Source: a virus
DNA: 48,453 nt
Strand: one strand, 5' to 3'
IMG/VR virus record: IMGVR_UViG_3300027861_000005
Part shown: piece after piece, positions 17,003 to 23,868 of the stretch
How positions within the stretch are numbered: the stretch's first letter is position 1
How the letters are laid out: each line of letters begins with the position of its first letter
Made by a program: the position numbers and the translations under genes
Notes under the pieces: model-generated
Seen by the model: the letters and a program-made list of their open reading frames with translations, nothing else
Database searches by the model: none
Told to the model about the DNA's origin: nothing

Positions 17003-17272
17003 TCACAATTCAACTGATTCTCCACGTCCTTCACGACATGCGATACAATCACACTGCTGACGCAATCCGGCATAACAGGTGTAGCATTTCATCGGCCGCG
17101 CTGGTCGCGTTACGGGCCGACTGAACACACGCAGGGCGTCAACGTAAACTGCATGATGTTTTCGCTCGCGATGCAAGCTCGATGCGTTGCCGCCTTGCGT
17201 CACCAGCTTGTCTATTTCTTCCTGTGTTGAAATAACCAGTTCGTGCAACGTCGTTGTCAGTGAGTCTACCAT
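17003..17272 (-). CDS. Hypothetical Cys-rich protein
   Basis: ATG at 17272 preceded by GAAGGAAGAAC, with an in-frame TAA immediately upstream. Contains CYTC...CDCIAC. Confidence 0.6.
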   Translation of the reverse strand: MVDSLTTTLHELVISTQEEIDKLVTQGGNASSLHRERKHHAVYVDALRVFSRPVTRPARPMKCYTCYAGLRQQCDCIACREGRGESVEL

Positions 17273-17336
17273 TTAGTTCTTCCTTCATGAAATTGTTGAA
17301 CAATTCTCTCAAATCATTTTTAGTTTTTGCATTCAT
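17139..17336 (-). CDS. Possible leaderless first ORF of the leftward arm. Only its first ~21 codons are free of overlap
   Basis: The ATG at 17336 lies exactly 7 nt after a TACAAT -10 box. The C-terminal two-thirds overlaps 17003-17272 and is Arg-rich and low-complexity. Confidence 0.25.
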   Translation of the reverse strand: MNAKTKNDLRELFNNFMKEELNGRLTDNDVARTGYFNTGRNRQAGDARRQRIELASRAKTSCSLR

Positions 17337-17342
17337 ACACCT

Positions 17343-17371
17343 ATTGTACGTTATATATCGTCAATCGTCAA
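17343..17371 (-). promoter_or_regulatory. Leftward sigma70-like promoter, TTGACG-17 nt-TACAAT
   Basis: On the minus strand, TTGACG at 17371-17366, a 17-nt spacer and TACAAT at 17348-17343, followed by AGGTGT and then ATG. Confidence 0.65.
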
Positions 17372-17406
17372 ACCTAATATAAATATTTGTTCCACAATTT
17401 TAATTC

Positions 17407-17697
17407 TTGAGACTGAATCTCAATACTAAATTATCTTCACAATATATCACAATTGATACTCAATCTCAATATAACAATTCTCGCACAATAAATCGATATT
17501 GAGACTTAATCTCAATATTCAATATTCTCAAATAAAATCAAAATTGATACAGAATCTCAATATCAATTTTTCTTGCAAGAATTCAATATTGAGACTTAAT
17601 CTCAATATTAAACTATCTTCAAAATAATCACAATTGATACTGAATCTCAATATTGTAATTTTGAATCATTTTTATACTATTGAGACTTAATCTCAAT
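17407..17697. repeat. Array of seven 19-23 bp palindromic sites (ATTGAKAC-N-AATCTCAAT) at about 45-bp intervals, forming 3.5 copies of a ~91-bp unit
   Basis: Sites at 17407-17425, 17453-17471, 17496-17518, 17544-17562, 17586-17608, 17634-17652 and 17679-17697. TTGAGAC and TTGATAC versions alternate. Confidence 0.9.
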
Positions 17698-17949
17698 GTG
17701 CGGTATTCTGAAGGTATCCCCAATATTGAGGTTGTGTGGATCGTTCAAAGGGATTCCCACAATATATGGGGGGGACGTCCTATCGATTGTAAATTACATC
17801 GCCGAACACGGATAAAAAAACGGCAAATTAAGATTATTTTCGCTGTTTTCCGCTCGCAATCAACCAAAAATTGTGATAAAGGCCTGCGCCGTTTTTTCAT
17901 TCGGCTGGAGTAAATGGTATCATTTTTGTAACGGTGCGATATCGATCTA

Positions 17950-18032
17950 TTGTGGGGCCCCACAACGTCGTACGAGGGTATCTTTCAGCAAATACACACC
18001 GTTGTGGGTATCTTTCTTGCGAGACCCCACAA
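17950..18032 (+). promoter_or_regulatory. Two hairpins/palindromes built from the same arm, TTGTGGG(G)/(C)CCCACAA, in the long leader of the rightward arm
   Basis: TTGTGGGGCCCCACAA at 17950-17965. TTGTGGG at 18002-18008 pairs with CCCACAA at 18026-18032. GGGTATCTTTC is also duplicated. Confidence 0.6.
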
Positions 18033-18172
18033 GCAAATAACAAAGCGAAATCGTCAATTTTAAATTCTTTCGATTATTCTTTCCAAATTGTATCCACTAG
18101 GCTTGTGTCATTGCCGATATTAACTATACTGGGAGACATGAGAAGCAAACAACAAAAAACGAAAGGCGAACA

Positions 18173-18481
18173 ATGAAACTGGCAGAACAATTTGCCAGGA
18201 AGATCAAAACGATACAATTGCAAGAAATCGTTTTTTTCGAAGATCTTCCGAGAGAATGGCAGAAAGAAGCGGAGTCGAATTTAGGCGACCTGGCAGGGGA
18301 CGCCAGATTTTTCATGCCTGGCAAGAACCAGAATCCAGAATCGCATGTCTTGTGGGATTTGACGGAGTGTATGAGAGTGGAATCCAAAGAAATGGACGGA
18401 GTGATCGGAATCTCCAATGGTAGCGCATTGGCAGTTTGCTTGATCGACGATGAAACCGCTATAACATGGTTGTTGGGATAA
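18173..18481 (+). CDS. Early protein, hypothetical
   Basis: 102-aa ORF with GAAAGGCGAACA upstream of the ATG. Confidence 0.65.
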   Translation: MKLAEQFARKIKTIQLQEIVFFEDLPREWQKEAESNLGDLAGDARFFMPGKNQNPESHVLWDLTECMRVESKEMDGVIGISNGSALAVCLIDDETAITWLLG

Positions 18482-18561
18482 ATTTTCGAATTCTTGAATT
18501 TCTGATTGAAAGGTGCGCATGCCTATGGGCTGAGTTACCCACAACTAAACTCTAATCCTAT

Positions 18562-18613
18562 AGAATTCTTAATCGGGGGACCGCTTACGGGCGGTCTGAG
18601 ATTGTGAATTCTT
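18562..18613 (+). repeat. Intergenic stem-loop element E1
   Basis: AGAATTCTTAATC..GACCGC-ttacgg-GCGGTC..AGATTGTGAATTCT. Confidence 0.8.
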
Positions 18614-18631
18614 ACTGAGGAAAGGGATACG

Positions 18632-18790
18632 ATGAATCAGACGGCGGAATTTTACCGGTCGCAGATCAGGATCATGCAAGCGGAAATGGGATATTGTGTT
18701 ATTCCGGAATATCGCGAACGATTGGACGATCTGCATTTTAGGGTAGCGATGCGATATTGTGCATGGCTAGGGCAAACAGGATCGGCATAG
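18632..18790 (+). CDS. Early protein, 52 aa (MNQTAEFYRSQIRIMQAEMGYCV...)
   Basis: Read directly, below the ORF-track size cutoff. GAGGAAAGGGATACG precedes the ATG. Confidence 0.55.
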   Translation: MNQTAEFYRSQIRIMQAEMGYCVIPEYRERLDDLHFRVAMRYCAWLGQTGSA

Positions 18791-18837
18791 AATGCCGAAT
18801 CAAGGATATCTGCGGATATCCGAGATTGTGAATTCTT
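18789..18837 (+). repeat. Intergenic stem-loop element E2
   Basis: AGAATGCCGAATC..GGATATC-tgcg-GATATCC..AGATTGTGAATTCTT. Confidence 0.8.
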
Positions 18838-18867
18838 ACGAAATCGAAAGAAGGGAAACAAGAAACT

Positions 18868-19134
18868 ATGGCAAGAATTGAAAAAATGTCCACACCGGGT
18901 GGCAATCCGTCACAAAATCAGACAATTCATCATGATGATGAAAAATCGGTTTTTATTAGCCATGGAACCAAAATTGCCGAAATTGCCGAAAGTAACCGCG
19001 TTACTTTGGATCGGTCTCATTGGGATTATTCTGCGACTACCGGAAAATATCGGAATAAATTTCTGAACGAAGGGATTGCCGAAACACGAAAAAAAATCGC
19101 ATCAGGGGAATACAAATTAACAAACCTGAATTGA
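18868..19134 (+). CDS. Early protein, hypothetical
   Basis: 88-aa ORF with AGAAGGGAAAC upstream. Confidence 0.7.
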   Translation: MARIEKMSTPGGNPSQNQTIHHDDEKSVFISHGTKIAEIAESNRVTLDRSHWDYSATTGKYRNKFLNEGIAETRKKIASGEYKLTNLN

Positions 19135-19146
19135 AAGGTACAGATT

Positions 19147-19323
19147 GTGGAAGAAAAAATTGACGAAATTGTGTATGGAATTGCGAATCTCAGCAAACGC
19201 GACATTGTCGCGCTACGAGATCATTGCAAAGATCGGAGTGAAGATTTTGAGAGGGATTATATTGTGCGACCGATCTACCGGAAATTTTCTCAGATTTTGG
19301 GAATAATCATCCGAACATACTAA
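19147..19323 (+). CDS. Early protein, 58 aa, GTG start
   Basis: TTGAAAGGTACAGATT-GTG. Read directly, below the ORF-track cutoff. Confidence 0.5.
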   Translation: MEEKIDEIVYGIANLSKRDIVALRDHCKDRSEDFERDYIVRPIYRKFSQILGIIIRTY

Positions 19324-19371
19324 GAATCCAGAACCATAGGCAATTGCGATTGCCTATCATTGTGAATTCTT
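19322..19371 (+). repeat. Intergenic stem-loop element E3
   Basis: AAGAATCCAGAACC-ATAGGCAAT-tgcg-ATTGCCTAT-CATTGTGAATTCTT. Confidence 0.85.
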
Positions 19372-19397
19372 GACACTAGAATTGAAAGGTACAGACT

Positions 19398-19616
19398 GTG
19401 ATTATGAAGAGCGCAGAAATATGGGCGCGATTTGTCGCGCTGAAGAAATTGGTTGAAAATGAACCGAATGCAAGCGATGATCGTGCCGATGAATTCGGCA
19501 AGGAATGGGAATTCCTCTACGATGCAGCGTGTGACGAATCAGATCATGATGGTAGTGAATTAACCGATGCACAGTATGATGAAATTTGCAAGTATGATGC
19601 GTTTTGGATCGATTGA
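19398..19616 (+). CDS. Early acidic protein
   Basis: 72 aa, strongly Asp/Glu-rich, with TTGAAAGGTACAGACT-GTG upstream. Confidence 0.65.
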   Translation: MIMKSAEIWARFVALKKLVENEPNASDDRADEFGKEWEFLYDAACDESDHDGSELTDAQYDEICKYDAFWID

Positions 19617-19628
19617 AAGGATAGAATT

Positions 19629-19904
19629 GTGGAATTATTGAAAATTGGAACGGTGGTCAAACCATCGGTAGGTGCGTTGCGCAACAAACGCGATGCAATC
19701 GGACAAGCTGGAACATACGCGAAAAAAAATCTTTGCCAAAAATGGTATGATGATGAAAAGGCAAAGCGCGGAAAAATCACAAATGTAGCAAAAAAAGAAT
19801 ATGGTTCGCATTATGTCATTGAATGGGATTCTGGATCAATTTCTTACACTGCCACATATTTGGTAGTTGACGCAAATCAGAAAGAATATGGGGATACGGA
19901 ATGA
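19629..19904 (+). CDS. Early protein, hypothetical
   Basis: 91 aa, with TTGAAAGGATAGAATT-GTG upstream. Confidence 0.65.
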   Translation: MELLKIGTVVKPSVGALRNKRDAIGQAGTYAKKNLCQKWYDDEKAKRGKITNVAKKEYGSHYVIEWDSGSISYTATYLVVDANQKEYGDTE

Positions 19905-20149
19905 AAACATACAACAATACAACAATGCCGAATATCGAAAGATTGATTGAATCTGTGTTGCACCCTATCAAAAAAGGAAAAAACAATTGGAGAAAACGAA
20001 ATATCACATTGTACGAACATCCGCGCGATATGCGAAAAGTAGTTTCGGAGGGAATATCGTTTGATGGAAAATTGAGAATAATTGCTGAAGAATCTTTGAA
20101 TGATTGGTCGAGAGAATTGTCTCAATCTGGAAATTTTGTCACAAATTGA
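19901..20149 (+). CDS. Early protein, hypothetical
   Basis: 82 aa, with an ATGA overlap onto the upstream gene. Confidence 0.65.
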   Translation: MKTYNNTTMPNIERLIESVLHPIKKGKNNWRKRNITLYEHPRDMRKVVSEGISFDGKLRIIAEESLNDWSRELSQSGNFVTN

Positions 20150-20151
20150 TT

Positions 20152-20197
20152 GAATCCGTATCCCTGCCCAATTGCGATTGGGTAGCATTGTGGATTC
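20152..20197 (+). repeat. Intergenic stem-loop element E4
   Basis: GAATCC..CCCAAT-tgcg-ATTGGG..ATTGTGGATTC. Confidence 0.75.
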
Positions 20198-20226
20198 CAT
20201 TAAACTAAGAAATTGAAAGGATAAGA

Positions 20227-20622
20227 ATGTCTGTAAATCCGTCCAACGAATTTTACAATGGCAATTTGTGTAAAATCTATTATGCTGAAATTTTACACGC
20301 CTGTGTTGATTGTGAAGCCAATCCGTTTACAATGCGAAATCTAAACGCAAATGATTATCGTGTTATCGCATTGTGCGTCAATTTGGGTATAGATTCGCAT
20401 CTTGAAGCAATTTTTAATGCGAATGAAGAAATCAGATCGGACGGAAATTGTGACCTATCGCCAGAAAATTTGTGTGTCCTGCTAAGAAGGTTGAGCGAAT
20501 ACAATTTCTCAACCGATGATGATTATGATTCGGCGCACGGATTGGTTGATAGTATTCTGACAGTCTTAGGATTTGATGATTGTGGTCGATATGTCGGTCG
20601 CGTGGCAATGGGATTGGAATAA
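20227..20622 (+). CDS. Early protein, hypothetical
   Basis: 131 aa, with TTGAAAGGATAAGA-ATG upstream. Confidence 0.7.
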   Translation: MSVNPSNEFYNGNLCKIYYAEILHACVDCEANPFTMRNLNANDYRVIALCVNLGIDSHLEAIFNANEEIRSDGNCDLSPENLCVLLRRLSEYNFSTDDDYDSAHGLVDSILTVLGFDDCGRYVGRVAMGLE

Positions 20623-20638
20623 TCCGCAAAAATGTGTC

Positions 20639-20667
20639 TTGACATAGGATTCGCAGGTTGTTACAAT
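20639..20667 (+). promoter_or_regulatory. Sigma70 consensus-like promoter, TTGACA-17 nt-TACAAT
   Basis: TTGACA at 20639-20644, a 17-nt spacer and TACAAT at 20662-20667, about 40 nt upstream of the ATG at 20708. Confidence 0.65.
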
Positions 20668-20707
20668 TGTGATAGACAAAAACAAACAAAAAAGGAAGAT
20701 TTGAATA

Positions 20708-20914
20708 ATGACTAATTGGCACCAAGCAAACGCAATCAGAACAAACTATCGAAACCGAAAAAAAGCCGCGCATATTGTCGATAATTCCCGATATGGTTTT
20801 TTTGCATTGTGTGGAGAATCTTACCCAATTGTAACGGTTAATAAAGAATACGCTGACAATCTGGAGAACGGAACCTGCAAGAAATGTTTGAAAAAACTAC
20901 AATCCGAACGATAG
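20708..20914 (+). CDS. Early protein, hypothetical
   Basis: 68 aa, with AAAGGAAGATTTGAATA-ATG upstream. Confidence 0.65.
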   Translation: MTNWHQANAIRTNYRNRKKAAHIVDNSRYGFFALCGESYPIVTVNKEYADNLENGTCKKCLKKLQSER

Positions 20915-20951
20915 AACTACGAAATAAAACAACAAACAAGAAAGGGAAAGA

Positions 20952-21299
20952 ATGACACACACATACACACAGAAAATTGCTGTACGGAATTACGTCTACG
21001 GATTAACATTTTGGGAATCCCTTGGCGAATTCGAAAGGGAATTGAGCAATCTGGATCGCGCAGAATCCCTGTGGGATGCAATTGAAAGATATTGGCCGAA
21101 TGCTGCCCGATGTTATGAGATTATCATTAGTCTGAAAACGGACATTTCAAACATCGACGAAAAAAAGTGGTTACATGAGGCATTTCGAAATGAAGTATGC
21201 CGATTGGTAACTATGAATACGGAATCGATCAAGAATTCCGGTATGCCGGAAGACATGACAATCAGGATGATGATTGACATGCTATGTCCGAAATGGTAG
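20952..21299 (+). CDS. Early protein, hypothetical
   Basis: 115 aa, with AGAAAGGGAAAGA-ATG upstream. Confidence 0.7.
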   Translation: MTHTYTQKIAVRNYVYGLTFWESLGEFERELSNLDRAESLWDAIERYWPNAARCYEIIISLKTDISNIDEKKWLHEAFRNEVCRLVTMNTESIKNSGMPEDMTIRMMIDMLCPKW

Positions 21300-21307
21300 T
21301 GTAAACT

Positions 21308-21358
21308 AAGAATCCAGAACCCGCTATATCTAAGAGATATGGCGCATTGTGAATTCTT
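21308..21358 (+). repeat. Intergenic stem-loop element E5
   Basis: AAGAATCCAGAACC-GCTATATCT-aag-AGATATGGC-GCATTGTGAATTCTT. Confidence 0.8.
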
Positions 21359-21408
21359 GAGATTGAAAGGATAGGATGATGAACAAATTAGCGACCTAAT
21401 TTGCGGAA

Positions 21409-21699
21409 TTGCTGACGGCATTGATACCGGACATTGGCGACGAATATCGGGCATCGGAAGATCCTGATGATGATACGCCGGGAATGTGTGTTACATTCGG
21501 TGCAAATACAAGAATGCCGGGTGAATCGTGGGATTGGTCATATCAGACCGGCGACAATTCATACACGGGTGGCGCGTACGGATATCCTCATTGGGGAGTT
21601 TGTTACCTTTACCGGGATTCAGACGTCAACGAATTGGCGGAATGTGCGGCAGGCGAGATTTTGGATGTCATTGCATGGGAAGGAAATGCGTACCGATGA
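21409..21699 (+). CDS. Early protein, hypothetical. The start is unresolved (see the finding on the in-frame TAA)
   Basis: 96-aa ORF. The properly positioned ATG at 21376 is in the same frame but separated from it by TAA at 21397. Confidence 0.55.
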   Translation: MLTALIPDIGDEYRASEDPDDDTPGMCVTFGANTRMPGESWDWSYQTGDNSYTGGAYGYPHWGVCYLYRDSDVNELAECAAGEILDVIAWEGNAYR

Positions 21700-21923
21700 A
21701 AATTGCACATTTTATGAACGGCGGATTCGTTCTGCATGGAATCACAGGCGATTTCAAGGGAAGGGTATCTGCATGGTATGACAAGGAAGGAAAATTGATC
21801 GATTGCGAACAATATCCTAGTATTGCCAATGTGCGATCAATCAAGCGAAACGGACCAATGTGGCAATTGTGCGAGAAACTAGGGAATCGACACAAACATA
21901 CTCCAATCACAGGAAGCAATTAA
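21696..21923 (+). CDS. Early protein, hypothetical (75 aa)
   Basis: ATGA overlap with the upstream stop. I trimmed it from ORF 21528-21923. Confidence 0.6.
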   Translation: MKIAHFMNGGFVLHGITGDFKGRVSAWYDKEGKLIDCEQYPSIANVRSIKRNGPMWQLCEKLGNRHKHTPITGSN

Positions 21924-21925
21924 GG

Positions 21926-22279
21926 ATGAAATGGCCGAAAGATCAGATTGAGATTTACAAGAATGCAGTCGCGCAGGTTATTGAATCAACAGGTAAATCG
22001 GCAGAAGAAATCAGAAAAGAGTATGCTTTCGCGCCAACAATGCGGATCATGTTTGAAATTGATCGGATTGTGTGTTACGATGCACAATATGACAACAATC
22101 ATCCTGCGTACCATGAGACAATACAAGACGGAAAAACATTTAAGGCAAGAATTCGACGATGCAAGCACAATCCTGATTTTGTGCTGTATCCAAGGGGATG
22201 CGACGACACACATAAAGCCACAATGCTACGGCATGTAGGGACTGAACTAGGTTTAATTCTAAGAAAGGGTAAGAAATGA
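21926..22279 (+). CDS. Early protein, hypothetical (117 aa)
   Basis: ATG at 21926 just after the upstream stop. I trimmed it from ORF 21860-22279. Confidence 0.6.
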   Translation: MKWPKDQIEIYKNAVAQVIESTGKSAEEIRKEYAFAPTMRIMFEIDRIVCYDAQYDNNHPAYHETIQDGKTFKARIRRCKHNPDFVLYPRGCDDTHKATMLRHVGTELGLILRKGKK

Positions 22280-23205
22280 CCAAAGCAAAGAAGAAAATGA
22301 CCAAGCGAAAGATCGGGATTGATACCCACACAAGTAAGCTGACCGTAGAGAATACGGGATTGGTGAGCAAATGCCATACTGCTTCGGGCTGGAATGTGGA
22401 AACCAATTGTGGTACAGAATTTGTGGGTGACGATTGTGTAATTATGCGAGACGACGAATATGATGGAATGAGGAAAGACGAGTTATATGAATTGTTTTGC
22501 GACTATGTGGAAGGATCGGAAATTTATCATTGTACCTATGTCGATGAATGGCACGCTTATTGGGATATGCCGGGATACATGGATCGTGGATCGATCTACT
22601 CTGGTGAAACGGAAGTCGCAGCGATTGTAGATTTGCTGGAATCCAATGAATCAGAAGAATCAAATATAGATGATTGGTGCATGGCAGCAATTGAACGATT
22701 GGTGCAGATTCACAATGATTCCGAAGATGATAATATCCGGGAAGAATGTCTTTCGGCAATTTGCTGGCATTTACCCAGCGAATCCGTAGATTTTCGTCCA
22801 GAAGTATTGTGCAACAATACAGATTTGATATATTCAGGGGATTGCAATCCGATCGATCATGACGGACGATGGATTGATACGCGGGATTGGGCAGAACATG
22901 GATATGCTTCCTGCGTAGGAATTTGTAGTTATGACAATTTGATTGACATTGAATTCGGCACAATCAACAAAACAGGAACATTGGCAGAAATGGCTACATG
23001 TTACGGGATTGATGTTGACGAGATCACAATGCACCATAAAATTGATTATGCACATTCTCAATTTGGGGCAGAGAATGGCGACAATCCAGAACGATTTACT
23101 CGCCTTGATGATTCCGGCTGGTTTCTGGATGACGGGAACGAATTGGTAGCAGAGTCGACGATTGAAGCACGATTGATCGAATTGGTGAAGGGATTGGCAG
23201 AGTAG
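22276..23205 (+). CDS. Large acidic early protein
   Basis: 309 aa, Asp/Glu/Cys-rich. ATGA overlap at its start. Ends ...LIELVKGLAE. Confidence 0.75.
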   Translation: MTKAKKKMTKRKIGIDTHTSKLTVENTGLVSKCHTASGWNVETNCGTEFVGDDCVIMRDDEYDGMRKDELYELFCDYVEGSEIYHCTYVDEWHAYWDMPGYMDRGSIYSGETEVAAIVDLLESNESEESNIDDWCMAAIERLVQIHNDSEDDNIREECLSAICWHLPSESVDFRPEVLCNNTDLIYSGDCNPIDHDGRWIDTRDWAEHGYASCVGICSYDNLIDIEFGTINKTGTLAEMATCYGIDVDEITMHHKIDYAHSQFGAENGDNPERFTRLDDSGWFLDDGNELVAESTIEARLIELVKGLAE

Positions 23206-23254
23206 AATGCTGAATCGATGGCGCGAGATCGGCGCGCCAGAGATTGTGAATTCT
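23204..23254 (+). repeat. Intergenic stem-loop element E6
   Basis: AGAATGCTGAATC..GGCGCG-agatcgg-CGCGCC..AGATTGTGAATTCT. Confidence 0.8.
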
Positions 23255-23287
23255 ATGATCTATGAGAAGATATGAAAGGCGAAACGA

Positions 23288-23461
23288 ATGACATATCGTC
23301 AGTTGATTGACCAACTGGAGAAGTTGGCAGAAGAGCAGTTAGATTGTGTTGTTACTGTTGAAGATCCTCATGAGGATGAATGTCGTGCCGCAGAACTACG
23401 AATCTGTGGTGACGGTCACGACAGCCTTACCGATAATCATCCTGTGATTTTTGTACCTTAA
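23288..23461 (+). CDS. Early protein, 57 aa (MTYRQLIDQLEKLAEEQLDCVVTVEDPHEDEC...)
   Basis: Read directly. ATGAAAGGCGAAACGA-ATG upstream. Confidence 0.55.
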   Translation: MTYRQLIDQLEKLAEEQLDCVVTVEDPHEDECRAAELRICGDGHDSLTDNHPVIFVP

Positions 23462-23559
23462 GGAAAATTCAGAATTCGGACGAAGCCCCTGCGACAACCA
23501 ATGACGAAGAAATTACAGAAGAGGAATTCATTGATTTGGTGAAGGGATTGGCATCATGA
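23437..23559 (+). pseudogene. Start-less open frame ending ...EEEFIDLVKGLAS. Either a remnant or the frameshift extension of the preceding gene
   Basis: The frame is open from 23437 with no ATG/GTG/TTG. Its stop overlaps the next ATG (ATCATGA). It shares TTGGTGAAGGGATTGGCA with the 3' end of 22276-23205. Confidence 0.35.
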
Positions 23560-23867
23560 TAATTGCTAGTGCATACACGGAGATTGTTGGCGCAGTAGAA
23601 GCATACGCTGACAATCTAGGGATTGATCCGGCTTTGATTCTGGAATGCGACGATCAGAAATGCGAAGAATCAGGTAGATGCACTGCGTGTAACATACCGT
23701 CCGAATTGATCAAGCTGTTCGTAGATAATCAGACAGAATTTGTCGACGAACTATATCAGGAATTGTATTTACTGGTGAATGGTCGGTATGTGTCTGGTGA
23801 TACGGCAAAACGGTCGCAGGCTTGCCATGAATACTCAAACGGCAGACTAGAAATGTGGGTAGGCTAA
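23556..23867 (+). CDS. Early protein, hypothetical
   Basis: 103-aa ORF. Confidence 0.65.
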   Translation: MIIASAYTEIVGAVEAYADNLGIDPALILECDDQKCEESGRCTACNIPSELIKLFVDNQTEFVDELYQELYLLVNGRYVSGDTAKRSQACHEYSNGRLEMWVG

Positions 23868-23868
23868 T

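Noticed and set aside
17407-17697. Possible CRISPR array (regular short repeats with ~25-bp spacers)
   Set aside because: The repeats are only 19-23 bp and exist in two alternating versions. The spacers resemble one another, giving a higher-order 91-bp tandem unit. The region is AT-rich promoter DNA between divergent operons, and there are no cas genes.
17680-18176. ORFs 17680-17913 (+), 17745-17963 (-) and 17934-18176 (+) in the control region
   Set aside because: They overlap the palindromic sites and hairpins, and their products are basic and low-complexity with no RBS. Only the last 12 codons (18139-18176) are noted, as a possible coupled uORF.
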